64,000 nucleotides of DNA, from NCBI RefSeq assembly GCF_009914755.1, contig NC_060926.1; one strand, given 5' to 3'. Of the stretch, positions 1-15,819 are shown one piece after another. Within the stretch, counting starts at the first letter, position 1, and the number at the start of each line of letters is the position of its first letter. The notes under the pieces are model-generated. The model saw only the letters and a program-made list of their open reading frames with translations. It did no database searches and had not been told where the DNA came from. Position numbers and translations under genes: made by a program. This stretch comes from the human T2T-CHM13v2.0 reference genome, Homo sapiens.

Positions 1-2393
1 ATTGAGGTGTGACCTTAGAATGTCAGTTTGTGCTCGTTCAGTCTTTGATGTAGGCATTTAGGGCTATGAACTTTCCTCTTAGCACTGCCTTTGCTGTATC
101 CTAAAGGTTTTGGTAGGTTGTGTCATCATTGTCATTCAGTTTGAAAAATTTTTAAATTGCCATCTTGATTTCATTTTTGACCCAGTGCTTATTCAGGAGC
201 AGCTTATTTAATTTCCATGTATTTGCATGGTTTTGAAGGTCCTTTTTGGAGTTGATTTCTAGTTTTATTCCACTGTGGTCTGAGAGAGTGCTTGATGTAA
301 TTTCAGTTTTAGTTTATTGAGGTTGGTTTTATGGCCTATCATATGGTCTATCTTGGAGAAAGTTCCATACACTGTTGAATAAAATGTGTATTTTGGGGCT
401 GTTGGATGAAATATTCCGTATATATCTGTTAATTCCATTTGTTCTGAGGTATAGTGTAAATCCATTGTCTCTTTGTTGACTTTCTGTCTTGATGACCTGT
501 CTAGTGCTGTCGGTGGAGTATTGAAGTCCCCCACTATTATTGTGTTGCTGTCTGTCTCATTTCTTAGGTCTATTAGTATTTGTTTTATAAATTTGGGTGC
601 TCCAGTGTTAGGTGCATATATGTTTAGAATTGTGATATTTTCCTATTGGACAAGGCCTTTTACCATTATCTAATGTCCCTCTTTGTCTCTTTTAACTGCT
701 GTTGCTTTAAAGTTTGTTTTGTCTGATATTAGAATAGCTACCCCTGCTTGCTTTTGGTGTCCATTTACATGAAATGTCTTTTTCCACGCCTTTACTTTAT
801 GTGAGTACTTATGGGCTAGGTGAGTCTCCTGAAGACAGCAGATGGTTGGTTGGTGAGTTCTTATCCATTCTGCAGTTCTGTGTCTTTTAAGTGGAGCATT
901 TAGGCCATTTACATTCATTCAATGTTAGTATTGAAGTGTGAGGTACTATTGCGTTAATCATGCCCTTTGTTGCCTGTGTACTTTGGTTTTTTTGTTTTTG
1001 CTTTTTAATTTGTATTTTTGTTTTATAGGTCCTGTGTGATTTATGCTTTAAAGAGGTTCTGTCTTGATGCGTTTCTAGGATTTGTTTCGAGATTTACAGC
1101 TCCTTTTAGCAGTTCTTGTAGTGGTGGCTTGGTAATGGCAAATTCTCTCAGAATTTGTTTGTCTGAAAAAGATGTATCTTTCCTTCATACATGTGCTTAG
1201 CTTCACTCGATACAAAATTCTTGGCTGATAATTGTTTTGTTTAAGGAGGCCGAAGATAGGGCCCCAATCTCTTCTTCTAGCTTGTAGGGTTTCTGCTGAG
1301 AAATCTGCTGTTAATCTGATAGGTATTCCTTTATAGGTTACCTAGTGCTTCTGTCTGACAGTTCTTAAGATTCTTTCCTTCGTCTTAACTTTGGATAACC
1401 TGATGACAGAGCACCTAGGCGAAGATCTTTTTGCAGTGAATTTCCCAGATGTTCTTTGTGCTTCTTGTATTTGAATGTCTAGGTCTCTAGCAAGGCAAAG
1501 GAAGTTTTCCTCGATTATTCCCCCAAATATGTTTTCCAAGCTTTTAGAATTCTCTTCTTCCTCAGGAACACCAATTATTCTAAGGTTTGGTCATTCAGCA
1601 TAATCCCAGACTTCTTAGAGGGTTTGTTCATATTTTCTTATTCTTTTTTCTTTGTCTTTGTTGGATTGGGTTAATTGGAAGACCTTGTCTTCGAGCTCTG
1701 AATTTTTATCTTCTACTTGTTTGATTCTATTGCTGAGAGTTTCCAGAGCATTTCAAATTTCTAAAAGTGTGTCCAAAATTTCCTGATTTTTTAATTGTTT
1801 TTTCTTTAAGTTATCTATTTTCTTGAATATTTCTCCCTTCACTTCTTGTATCATAGTTTGGACTTCCTTGCATTGGGTATCGCCTTTCTCTGGTCCTTCC
1901 CTGATTAGCTATTTAATAACTAACGTCCTTAATTCTTTTTCAGGTAAATAAGGGATTTCTTTTTGGTTTGGTTGTATTGCTGGTGGCTAGTGTGATTTTT
2001 TTGGGGGGTGTTGAAGAGCCTTGTTTTCTTATATTACCAGAGTTGGGTTTCTGGTTCCTTCTCATTTGGGTAGGCTCTGTCAGAGGGAAGGTCTAGGGCT
2101 GAAGGCTGTTGTTTAGATTATTTTGTCCCATGAGGTGTTCTCTTGATGTAGTACTCTCCCCCTTTTCCTATGGATGTGGCTTCCTGTGAGCCAAACTGCA
2201 GTGATTGTTGTCCGTCTTCTGGGTCTAGCCACTCAGCAAGTCTACCAGGCTCCAGGCTGGTACTGGGGGTTGTCTGCACAGAGTCCTGTGATGTGAACCG
2301 CCTATAGGTCTCTCAGCTGTGGATCCCAGCACCTGTTCTGGTGGAGGTGGCGGGGGATGCAGTGGACTCTGTGAGGGTTCTTAGCTTTGGTCC
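1..2393 (-). mobile_element. Old primate L1 (L1PB-like): part of 5' region, decayed ORF1 and ORF2 endonuclease; continues past the window start
   Basis: Minus-strand ORFs 670-918 (NVNGLNAPLKRHR...CCLQETHL), 265-534 (GDFNTP...SKIDHMIG) and 1342-1539 (IIEENF..LARDLDIQIQEAQRT) are L1 ORF2 endonuclease and ORF1 motifs broken by frameshifts and stops. Confidence 0.95.
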
Positions 2394-2409
2394 GTGCTTT
2401 GCTTCTTAT

Positions 2410-2540
2410 TAGTATTAATTTTGGCCCAGTTCTGCAGGCTTAACCAGAAACATGGCTGGGAGGTGTCAAGAAACTTGCAATCATGGCAGAAAGGCGAAGG
2501 GGAAGCAAGCATGTCTTACCAGGGCAGAGCAGGAAAGAGT
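2410..2540 (-). mobile_element. MaLR LTR fragment (MST/THE1-like)
   Basis: cagttctgcaggct...aaacttgcaatcatggcagaaaggcgaaggggaagcaagcatgtcttac resembles the MST/THE1 LTR. Confidence 0.75.
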
Positions 2541-2685
2541 CTAATTAAAAAAAAAAAAAAAATTGTAGAGAAAGGGTTTTGCCATGTTTCCCAGGCCAGT
2601 CTCACTAACTCCTGAGCTCAAGCAATCCTCCCATCTCAGCCTCCCAAAGAGCTGGGATTACAGGTGTGAGACATTGTGCCTGGCC
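2541..2685 (-). mobile_element. Alu left monomer (FLAM/AluJ)
   Basis: ctcctgagctcaagcaatcctccc...ctgggattacaggtgtgag...cctggcc. Confidence 0.85.
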
Positions 2686-2689
2686 TATT

Positions 2690-2960
2690 ATATATTTTGA
2701 ATTGACAAGTAAAATGGTATATATTCATGCTGTACAACATGATGTTTGGAATGGCTGAATCAAGCTATTTAACGTATGCTTTATCCCACATACTTACGAT
2801 AGATCTGTTGGTGAGAACACTTAAAATATACTCTCTTAGCAATTTTCAAGTATACAATATATTGTTACAAACTGTATCACCACAATGTGCAATAGATCTC
2901 TTGAACTTATTCCTCCTAACCAAAATCTCATGTCCTTTGGCCAGCATCTCCCTGCAGTCC
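2690..2960 (-). mobile_element. L1MA-type 3' end fragment
   Basis: gtgagaacacttaaaatatactctcttagcaattttcaagtatacaat is typical of an L1MA 3' UTR. Confidence 0.7.
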
Positions 2961-3811
2961 CTAAAGCTGATTTTATACAACTTCTAAATCAAAATGAGTA
3001 TGTTATCTTTGACTGAATCAGTTCATTAGCCACAGAAACATTAGTTTCATTTTTTCATTTGCTGCCACCCCTCATCACTGACTTTGTTTTTCCCCAAGAC
3101 TACTTAAATTGCTTTGGCCGCAGGCTCATTTCTTCATCTGGCAAACAATCCCACCTTGCGTGTCTTTATCACCTGCCTTGGTTACCATCTGCATCCTGCT
3201 TCTAACCATCATCAAGTGAATTTGCTATCCACCCTAATAACCTCTGAGCCAACTGCAGACTTCTTTCTACCATGACCTCCTTGATTACCTTCAGCTACAC
3301 TTCCCTTCAGCTACTTATTGGTAGAAGCTTAGAACCTTCAAAATGGCATGCCTGCGCTTCCCTTCTTTGCCTATAATCTATCTCACCCAGTCTCTGAACA
3401 GTAAATATTGTGAATTCATTGTGAACATTTAAAAATCGTATGATTTTACATAAATCCAGATTCCTAGCTCCTTTGAAAAAGAAGCAAACTGGATCATTGT
3501 TCTTGAATGGTGGCAGCAATGGGGATTTCATTGATGGGGACTTCATTGGTGAAGGCAAGGCTTATTTGGAGGTATCAGTTCTAAAAGAGTTAGGAAAGAG
3601 AATCAGTTCTGTTTTATCATTTTATGTCATGTAGTGTATAATTTTAATTAGCATTTAACAATGCAATCAATTAAATAAAAAAGAATTGGTATTTTTAAAT
3701 TTTATCCATAAAGCAAATCTGAAAGAATGAGGAGTGTTTAAGGTGAGTCTCTTAAGAATGCCTGAAGAGTTTCTTTTTTGAAGCAGGGATATGTAGTTTT
3801 AAACTTCCTCA

Positions 3812-4174
<363 letters not shown>

Positions 4175-5507
4175 TAGTAATTTTCATGATTACACAGTAT
4201 AGAATAGAACAAATGTGAGGATACTCTGAAGGAGTACTCATCTAGAAAATGCATCTGAATAAGGCAAGCATAAAAATCATTTTTGGCTACAGAAATTTTT
4301 GTTAATCACTTCTGGCACTTAGCACAGAGACACTCTCCTTTTTCCTCTTAAGTTATATATAGGCCTTCCCTGTGTCAGATGATGTCATTCACTCATGATG
4401 AATTCATGATGTCATTCTTTCCTGCCTATCATTCATCAAAGTTAGGATGATGGGAAGGGGGTGATAGATGCTTGAGGGGGATGGCAAAAGGAAAGATGTG
4501 AGTACAGTGTCTAAATCTCTGGTATGGCAGGAGACTTACCCCCAAGGGGTTTTCTGTTCTTTATACAGTTGTAATTAGAAAATTCTGGACCTGAAAGCAT
4601 ACTACCTGAGCCAGCTGTTATTGCTTCCATCATTTTACAAAAAGAGAAATTCAGCCATTTGGTAGACCTTAAGATTAATTACGTTTCATCTCTTTTCTCT
4701 TTGTAATTCCATTTTCCTCCAATCACGTTAGGTTATTTTCTTAGTTTGTTGTATTGTTTATATTTAAGAAGATAAAAATCCTACTGTAAAGAGATGTGTC
4801 AGAAAGAATGAGATGTGAATTTAGTCACTAACATTAATGGATCTAGTTCAGGGAGCAAGACCTAACCCACGGAGTTTATGGACCTGAATTAATTTTTTGA
4901 AATTATTTCTAGATTTTTGTCTTTGTTATAAGTTTGTGGTAGGGGAACAATTTAGAAAGGCAGCAGGTAAAAACTGTAACATATAAATATTCTATGTTTT
5001 GGTTTTTTGGGGGGGGTGACTGTGCATCTAATTTTGATGCCTGAGAACATGAGCACTTGGAGCTACAAGCCTGTGTGTAGATACACAAGCACACCCACAC
5101 ATTCTCCAGCTTTGGTGTTCACAAGGCCTTGTTCTGAGTACCATGATCTTACGGCATAAAGTAAAGCATGGATTAGAGAATGTATTTGGCAAGGAGATTT
5201 CCTGAATTCTTTGAAGGTGACAGATTCCTTAATGGCCAGATTTAACTTGGAAGTTAGTAATAATCATGATAGGTAACCATCATTTTTTGTATTTACATCA
5301 TCTTATATGTTGAACTTGATTTATAACTGTCTTCTTTCACTCGAGAAATTACAACTTTATCCTGTCATTTTCTTAAAATGTTATCAAATTAATGGTTCTA
5401 GAAGTAGCTATAATTAAGTTTTAGAAGTGTACAGTTTGTCAATTGTATATTCTCTCAAATGGATAATACCATGATATAGTAGATGCTTCAGTATGAAAAC
5501 AGTAGAT

Positions 5508-6185
5508 TGTATCAATCAGAGTCAGAAACCACACCAGTAATTTGAATAGGGAAACTTCAGTATTAAAATTATTAACTAGTAAAAGATAGTTAACTTTTAA
5601 AAGACTCTAAAGAATATAGGACTAGCAAACATAGGGAACAGCTGCTACCTCTAGCACTGAGGGAGAGCACTTAAGGGAGGAACAGACTTGGAGGAGGGCC
5701 CCACTCAGGCTGGAAATTAGCCCTTATTGGAGAAGGTGTGTTTGCAGCCGACTGGGTGGTGTCACAGGCTGGAACTGGTTTACAAGAAGCCATCTGCTGG
5801 GGGTCCAGTGACGATCTCGAGTGTGTCATGGGGCAGAGCTGGTGTGCAGGAAGCCACCTGCTGGGGTGCTGGGAGGCTAAAGCTGGCCCACAAGAGTCTT
5901 CTGGCTGGTGGCCAGTGGAACCCACTTGAGGGTCAGTACCACTGGGCTTTGTACATGCTGCTGGCCATCATGGCCACTGGAGGAAGGAAAAGCATATAGG
6001 AAACAGGTCTCTTCCTCCACTAGGCCTTTGCAGTGGTCCCTCCAGTGCACTGTATTGACACAGGTTAACATTGTGCCAGCTGGCAGAGGAAAAGTATTTA
6101 CAGGGCCTAGCTCCAGTATCACGAGGCAGCACAAAACACGATGGATTTGGTGGTGCTGAGAGGCAATAAATTGTTAACTGGCACA
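5508..6185 (-). mobile_element. 3' LTR of ERV-L provirus (LTR41/LTR33 group)
   Basis: TG...CA ends. The minus strand starts TGTGCCAGTTAACAATTTATTGCCTCTCAGC. Both ends are similar to 10763-11661. Confidence 0.8.
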
Positions 6186-7219
6186 GTTCATCTCTTTGGC
6201 TACTCAGCTTCTACATACACCATCTACACACACTTGAACTTCCATGTAATAATGAAACAGTTCTATTTTTTCACCTATGATGAAGGTCAGCTGCCCTTTG
6301 TACAAGTGAAGAAGTTCTCACCCTTTCCCCCAAATGAGATGCAGTCCCAACAGTCACTGTGTCCATTGCCTGCTTTATTAATTTCTTCTCAGATTTCATT
6401 ACAGTACACTGAATATTCTGTTACCTAAAGACTAAATCATAAAGTTAGCCTCTAACAATTTGTATATAAAATAACAAGGGGAAGAAGGAGAGATCAGAGA
6501 GAAATAATTAATATACACAAGTATCTACACATATACACAAAGAACAAGCAAAGCCCCCTCCCTCCCTGCCTTCCTGCCTTCTCTCCTCTTTCTTTCTTTT
6601 TTAAAAGAAAATGGTTTCAATGTAATACAATTATCTTTTAAAAAAAGAACAAAGGGAAAATCCCCAAAGCTGCTATAGTCCACATTTCTGTAACTAGTCA
6701 TGATCTCTGACTTCCTTCTCCACGTGTCATTCTATATATATTTTTTTCACTTAGCCAAAACCTTAGCTGGCTGGTCGGCTTTACCTGATGGGGTGACCTG
6801 AACTTTCATTCCTGAAGGTTCTGAGTCCTCAGCAGTCCTGCCTTTTATTGATTGTCATATTGTTTCATGAACCTCTATTCTTGGGCATAGGAGCACTAGG
6901 AGTCACCCCATGAACCCCCTGGGTTTCAGACATAGACCTCCTTGCCCCCATTGTTTAGCAACAACCCAATATTCCCTTGGTAATTGGGATTAATCACTCC
7001 AGTCAGTAGAGTATCCTCTTTTTCTGCTTGTTGGTTCAGAACCTAGAATAGCCAGTGGCAGTCTCGTATCCCAATTAAATGGAATAATTATTATGTCCCC
7101 ACATGCAATAAGGTGAAAGCATTCCATCCTTGGGGACTAAGATCTCCAAACTAACAGAGCTCAGGGGTACTGTGGTGGGGATCATTAATTCTGTGAGTTA
7201 TTAGGTATAACAGTGATAG

Positions 7220-7541
<322 letters not shown>

Positions 7542-7889
7542 AGGAGTCACTCTCACTTCTATTCCTTGATTACCAAATCCATGTATTCTGTTACAGGGTT
7601 GCCAGTGGTCCGTGATTCAAGGCATATTCTTACTTCATCCTGTAAATCAGAAATGCTTTCAGGGTGTTGTCTCTCATTTGATGCCATAACTGAATTTTCC
7701 AGTGAGTCATTACACATTTCTATTAGGTGAGCTGCTTCTGATTGGAGGGATATGGGGTGAGACTACTCAATTCCATGCTTATGAGCCCATTGCTTCATTC
7801 CCTTGCTGTGAAGTGGTTTCCTTTGTCGGAAGCAAAGCAGTATGGAAAACTGTAATGGTGAATAAGGCATTCCGTGAGGCAACTGATGA

Positions 7890-8234
<345 letters not shown>

Positions 8235-10740
8235 TTATCTAGGATACGTGTCTATTCCATTCAGCATGGATGCCCCCCCGCCGCCCACCCGCCACCATCA
8301 CCTCCTGGGAATGGGGGACTGTCAGGGGCTCAGTGTCTATCTCCATGTTGGTAGATTAGATACTCAGCAGTAGCAACAGACAGTTCAGCCTTGATAAGGG
8401 GAAGTCCATGTTACTAAGCCCACATTTAGTCTCCATCCTTGCCATCATGGCCACTTTGTTCATGGCCCCATTGAGTAAGCCTTGGGGTGGCTGGGAAGGA
8501 GGCTGAATGACATCCGCAGAGCATATAATTGTATTCATTTGATTATTGAGGTCTGTGCCCAATGTGAGAGGTCTGTCACATCCTCTTCCTTCAAATTCTT
8601 TGTCACCAATCTTACAATCTTCTTCTATTCAAGTCCCTGATCATTCAAATAAACTATAAGCAATCACCCGTGAATTAATGTAAACTCTTATTTCTGGCCA
8701 TTTCTGATTACAGACAAAGCGAATCACCAAATATATTGTCAAAGTTTTTCCCTCTGGGAGGATTTTCCTTAAAAGCTGTTCTTTGGGGGTCACCCCTAAC
8801 TGGGGATGTAAGCTGTGGACGTAGACTTTCATTCAGCTGGTACCAATGTATCATGCAGAACCCTTTATAAATTGAGCTCGTGTTTTTTCTTTCTTAGTCA
8901 ACTTGTGGGGAAACTTGGTGTTGATTCAGAGCTAGTGTTTAGTATTCCCTGAAATATCTGAGTATGTTCTTTCCCCCTGTGCACTGTCCATCTAGTAATG
9001 GCAGCAGGCCTCTTTGGTGAAGGCTTGGAGGAGGATTTATGGTATATGCCTGTGGCAGCACTGCAGGGTTATTTTTGAAGGAAACCTGGCCTTCCCTTCA
9101 AAGGGTTATGGGACAATACACTGTTCTAGGCCTAGAACTGGGTGTGATTCTGTGACTCTCCATTGTGGTGACGTAATGGCCACTGGACCTACGTTTTGTT
9201 GTTGTTGTTGTTATATAGATTATACAGTATTGTAGTAAACTGCATACTGATTTCATTCCTAGGGACTGCAGGATAAATTAGCTACCACCAGAGATTCCTG
9301 TGGGCCAAAGCATTTTGATTAATATGTCCCTGATCCCTTTGATAGTAAATGCACCGATCTTGTCTTTGGCACTCAGTGCTGCTACTTTTTCTGCTCTTCC
9401 TGTATCCCACCATCTCCAAAGAAACCAGGAAGCTCATCTCAGTCGTGACATCTCCTGCGGTCTTACTGGTCTACAAAGGAAAATAACTACAGAGTTTTTC
9501 AGAGATGCAGCGCTCCCCTCACTTAGGTATTTTTCAATGTCTTAGTGCAAGGAGTGTCTCTGGTCCTTTTCAGGAGATGTAGTTGAGGTGGTTGGGTATG
9601 TAGTTCACACATGATAAATCCACTACATTCCTATCTCCTTAAACCTTTGGATTCCATCCTCCATATCATGCCAGGGAAGTTCTGGCATTTCAACCTCATT
9701 ACAAGTTTCAGTCAACCAACCAAGTAAGCTCTCAGAGACTTCTGGCTTCATGAGCTAACACATTCACATTCAGTCCAAAAACTCTAGTTAGGTGCATCTA
9801 TATCCATGAAAGCAGCCTGATGTGCTGTATATTTCCCAGCATTCTTTATCTAACACCATGGGTACCTACCCCCACACATATTCCCAGGGTTCTGCCACTA
9901 TATATTAACAAGGGTCTTGCAGGTTTTTGAGTCTGTAAGCCATTTCCTTCTGGGTGATGCTGTGTACTGTGAAGCATGTTGAGATTTAGGAACTGAGTGG
10001 TTATGAGAGATCTTGAGGAGAATGAGCATCCCCTTATAAAGACATCTACTCCAGGTGAGGCTACTCAGCAAAAGTTTTCCAGAAAAAGAAAGCTAGTCTC
10101 TTGAGACATAAGAGGGCAAGCAACTTCCATGGTCAAGGGAACCTCAGAGTTTCTTTGGGGCTTGAAATTGTTTGTTTCATCTTGAATTCAACCAGATGTT
10201 CCCCTTTCCAGGTTTCAGGTCCCATTCTTTTTTAATCAGTACCCTAACTTTCACATGAGAGACTGTGGTTGTAAATTCAACTGATGTTGTAATTCAGCAA
10301 CACACCCAGTACATTTTTTTTTTTATTTCTGGAAATAGTAGCTCTATGACTACAGGAAATAAAATATTTTTTTAGAGCTAGTGTGGAAGCTCTCTGGTTC
10401 TTAGACTTGGGCTGGGGGTTAAAAACACCTCAACTTATTTTCTTTTGGTAGATGCTTCATTGCACTCAAAAGAATTCATTGTACCCTACAATCTTTATAT
10501 TCATCATTACTGCCATAGCAGTCAAGGACAGCAGCCTCTTTGACTCCCAGACCTTGTTTCTGTTGGCACTTCATTGCAGTTAATCACAGGTGATAGCTTA
10601 GTTAATTTTGATGGGACTTTATGCCATGGATTACCAGCATCCCATATCCCATTGACAAGGATTGGTGCTGTCCTCCAGTCAAAGCTCATGACCATACTAA
10701 TCCCAAAGTTCTATTAATATTTTTGAGGGTCTGTAACCAG

Positions 10741-10758
10741 GAACCACACTTGGTACCA
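10741..10758 (-). other. Primer-binding site (tRNA-Leu type) of the ERV-L provirus
   Basis: Minus strand TGGTACCAAGTGTGGTTC lies 4 nt after the LTR end (...CTAATACA). It matches TGGTACCAGGAGTGGGGT (complement of the tRNA-Leu(TAA) 3' end) at 13/18, with the first 8 perfect. Confidence 0.75.
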
Positions 10759-10762
10759 ACTC

Positions 10763-11661
10763 TGTATTAGAGTTCATTTAGGAAAATTAGTATAGAGAAC
10801 TGTTGCCTAGTAAAAGGTGGTTGACTACTGAATGGGGTAAAAGAGACTCTAAAGTATATGGGGATAGCAAAGGCAGAGAACAGCTACTAGCTCCAGGCCT
10901 GATGAAGTGCATCCAAGGAAGGAGCAGATTGGAAGAGGGCCTGCTCCCCGGGCTGTGACTGAGACCTCATTGGAAAGGCTGCAGCTGCAAATGGATGATG
11001 GGGCGGTGGGGGTTGGTTGGGGTTCCATGGGTGGGAGCTGGTTCACAAGAAGCCACCTACTAGGGTGCTGGTGAGGCTTGATGTAGTGCCGCAGGTTGGA
11101 ATTGTTCCATGAGAAGTTCTGGGTTGCCTGTGGCCAGAGCTGGTGAGCAGGAAACTGCCCATTAGGGTGTGACATGCCAGAACTTGTTCACAGGAATCCA
11201 GCTGCTGGGGTGTCCAGGAAACTTGCTGAAGGGTGAGCTCAACTGGATCTCCTGCACTCTGCTGGCAGCCAGACTGTCAAGAGGAAGAAAAAGCAGCAAC
11301 AAACAAGAAAGATGCTCCTTCCTCTGCTACGACCCTTCCATGCCTCTATTAAGAAAGCTTAAAGTTGCAACAACTGGTTGGGCATGGTGGCTCACACTTG
11401 TAATTCCAGCACTTTGGGAGTCTGAGGCAGGAGGATCACTTGATCCCAGGAGTTCCAGGCTATAGTGAGCTATGATTGCACCATTGCACTCCAGCCTGGG
11501 GGACAGTGAGACCCTGTCTCTAAAGAAAATAAAGAAAAGGAAAATAAAAATTTTACCAACTGACAAAAGAGAGATGTTTTTACAGGGTCCAGCTCAAGTA
11601 CCACATAGGAGGGTAAGGTGTGGATGTGGAACTGAGAGGCAGTTAATCCACAACTTGCACA
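10763..11661 (-). mobile_element. 5' LTR of ERV-L provirus (LTR41/LTR33 group), interrupted by an Alu monomer
   Basis: TG...CA ends. Shares blocks with 5508-6185 (aagactctaaag.atat.gg..tagcaaa..ag.gaacagct.cta; tttacaggg.c.agctc.agta.cac; ctgagaggca). Confidence 0.8.
11376..11550 (+). mobile_element. Alu monomer (FRAM/FAM-like) inside the 5' LTR
   Basis: Single ~170-bp monomer with A-rich tail. Confidence 0.88.
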
Positions 11662-12175
11662 TTTTATAGAGTACTAGTCATTCTGAGAAGGAATGGGTAT
11701 ACCATTTTGTCTTCCCTATTTTAAGGAAGATAGGTATGTTGAATCCACCATTAAATATATCCCTTATAGAATCTCTTATCTTCTAAAAGAAAGCACTTTA
11801 ACTATGTAATATGTTCTTGTGTACGTATTTCAGTCTTCAGAGCATTACTGTATATCAGTGAATCCTGGACTACACCTAAAGAATGTATATTGTTTTACAG
11901 CTTTTTAGCTTGGTGAGCAGGCTCATCACAGCAAAATAAGGATCTCAGATTATCCTTAGAGCAACCTTACTTACTTGTGTTTTTCTGCTTAGCAGTCTCC
12001 ACCTCACAGTTTGAAAATAGGAAGTGAAGTTAAATGTTAGATGTGTTTTTTTTTTTTAAATAAAACTTTACTTTATTGAATGTACTAGCATTTCTTGTCA
12101 AACACTAAAAATGTCAGTACCCTGGGGATTGGAAGGGAAGATAAATTTTATTCCTGAGAAGAGTTTTCTCAGTAG

Positions 12176-12498
<323 letters not shown>

Positions 12499-12893
12499 CC
12501 TTTTAATTTTTTAATTGTATGATATATACTCTTCCATTCTGTTTTGCAGTAATCTGTACATTATAAGTGAGCAGAAAAATTATACCACTAGAATGATTAA
12601 AAACAAATGCTTTCAAGCAATATAATTAAATTTCTTTATGGGACTATAACATGTTTAATCCAAAGGATGAGGCATTGTCTCTAAATATATATATTTTTAA
12701 AATACTTTGTGTAATGTTTTTGCCTGTGGCACTTATATAGGATTTATATAAATTAGAGTATTTTAGAGTTTCATATTATATAGTTGCGGCAGAGAAAAGA
12801 ATGTCTGACGTTGGGCAAGAAAGAGATGATTCTATGGTATTCTAGTGGTGATATTGGGGTAAGGGTGGTTTCAAGGTAACAAAGTAACGATGA

Positions 12894-13325
<432 letters not shown>

Positions 13326-14339
13326 TAGGCAATAAAGCTTGCTTCGAAAAGCAAGCCAGACATTCTGTAGGCAGCATCCACACGTTTAACTCTGACATTG
13401 ATTTCTGCAACATCAAGAAGGTGTGTGTTCCCTGGATTTTAGAAATTGAAATACAGCCTGTGAATGTTCTTAACTTCTGTGCTGGCCATGTGGTTTTAGA
13501 ATGGACATTTAAGTTCCCCACCAAACCACAATCCCATCTGAGTTGGTATTGTGGTTTTCTTCAAACATACAACAGGAAGTAGGGACTAGCATTATGACCA
13601 TTCAATAACGTTAGGATTCTGATCACAAAATAAATACAACAAGGAAGAAGAAAGCAAATTTCCATTGAAGGAGACCACCCAGTGACCATTTCTAATTACA
13701 GTGAATCTAAGAAAGAATGAAAAGATGGATGTGTAGATACTGACTGCAAAGTCTGCAGAAGTTGGTTCCCATTGGCCCACTCCATTTCCTCTTCATTTAA
13801 GAATTCTGTGAATATTTAAATAATGTAATTAAGGATTTACTGCTCTGCCCTTCTCTTAAGACTTACTCTGCTATTCATAATGAAGGAAAGATAGAAGAAA
13901 AATAACTTTATAAATAATTTATTCAGAAACAGAAATTTTGCTTTTTGAAGATTCTGTTAAAAAGTCGATCTTTAGAATTAGCAGTATCTTTCAAATTTAA
14001 GATCCCAGCTTACAACAAGCACGTTTTCATTTTGAAGAGTTTTTGGCAGAGAAAAAAGATATGGGAAACAACTGGTATAAGATAGGAGAAAAAGTTAAAA
14101 TATATTACATTTACAGTAAATAAACCGAACCTTTCTTCTTTCTTGGAGAAGCCTTTTAAAAAATTGCCTAATTCTCAAGTGAGATGGGTGTGGGAATTGG
14201 AAATAAGGTACTAACTCCAAAAATGCATATGTTGGTTGGGAATACATCAGTAAAATTTATCCTATGTTAGGACAAAAAAAAAAAAAGTAAGACATAAAGG
14301 CTGCCCCATAATTCATGCATATCAACCAATAATAAGAAT

Positions 14340-14520
14340 ACCTGCAATCCCTTATTGAACTCTTCCCATTTGTCAGGCATTGGGCTGAGTGCCCTGTGTG
14401 CATAGGTAACACCCCAGTGGGTTAGGAATTATTGCCAGGACGCAGGTGAAGAGATGGAGAGAAGTGAACATACATGCCCAAAGTCATATAGTTAGTAAGT
14501 GATAGAATCTAGACCTTCGT
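14340..14520. mobile_element. MIR
   Basis: gcccaaagtcatatagttagtaagtgatagaa MIR core. Confidence 0.6.
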
Positions 14521-14849
14521 ACCTGCCATGCACACACACATTATTTCAACTGTCCCTCTGTCAAATGAACCATACCTATTTTTTTCTCATATCTCATACC
14601 AGTTGAAGCCTTTCCACACCGAGTACAATTTCATGTTGATGCAAAAGATTATGAAAATTCTTGAAATGATTTCAATAATTTATTTTCCTCTGACACAAGG
14701 TTCATCTCACACTCCTCCTCCTTCATGCCTTCTCCAGTATTTCCAATGATAGTTTTCTAATTGCAGTTTCCAAGAAATGACATTGATTTGAGTTTATGCA
14801 TCTGTAAAAGATCCAATCACAGCAGCATATGGAAAACATTATAGTTGAC

Positions 14850-14888
<39 letters not shown>

Positions 14889-15172
14889 TTTCAGATAGAG
14901 TCTCGCTCTGTTGCTCAGGCTGGAGTTCAGTGGCATGATGTCGGCTCACTGCAGCCTCTGCCTCCTGGTTTCAAGTGATTCTCGTGCCTCAGCCTCCTGA
15001 GTAGCTGGGACTACAGGCGCGCACCACCAGCCCAGCTAATTTTTGTATTTTTAGTAGAGAGGAGGTTTTGCCATGTTGGCCAGGCTGGTCTCAAACTTCT
15101 GACCTCAAGTGATCCACTCGCCTCAGGCCCCCAAAGTGCTGGGATTACAGGTTTGAGCCACTGAGTCCAGCC
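14850..15172 (-). mobile_element. AluS (Sx/Sz-like) with (TTTA)n tail
   Basis: Full dimer. The tail is a (ttta) tetranucleotide run at about 14850-14891. Confidence 0.95.
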
Positions 15173-15458
15173 TAAATTGACTTTAATGAAAAGTTTCCAT
15201 GCTGTTCTTTGCATTAATTCTCCTTTAGCTGTTTGGAGACTTTGCTTAATCTCATGATTTTAGTACATTGTTGAGCTGATTCTTTCCTGAAAGTGCAAAA
15301 TAATCACTTCCTGTTCAAACTAGATTCCCTTTAAATTACATTAAATAAGAACCTGTTTTTCCTGTGGTAATTTTAAAATTTAAAAATTTCAACTATTTTA
15401 TATGAAATATGCTCCTTCAAGGAACCAAAAACATTCTTCAGATCAATTTTAGAAATCT

Positions 15459-15757
<299 letters not shown>

Positions 15758-15819
15758 AATTTTAGAAATCTTAAACATTTAAATCAAAGTTGTAGAAATA
15801 TGTAACACTATATGAATAC

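Noticed and set aside
265-1539. ORFs with endonuclease and ORF1 motifs as a functional gene
   Set aside because: Fragments of a frameshifted, stop-ridden L1; no intact ORF1 or ORF2.
1925-1950. Recursive-like ttcttttttcAG|GTAAAT (also ctctcatatacAG|GTAAAT near 53142)
   Set aside because: The first is inside an antisense L1 where such motifs are common. Both have weaker donors than the reported sites.
4395-4460. Box C/D snoRNA (ATGATGA motifs)
   Set aside because: No suitably placed CTGA D box with a terminal stem was found.
6025-6065. CTCF site that I recall in LTR41/LTR33-type LTRs
   Set aside because: The core (AGAGGGCGCTGG from memory) is degraded in both LTRs, reading ACAGTGCACTGG here and AGAGGCATGG near 11340.
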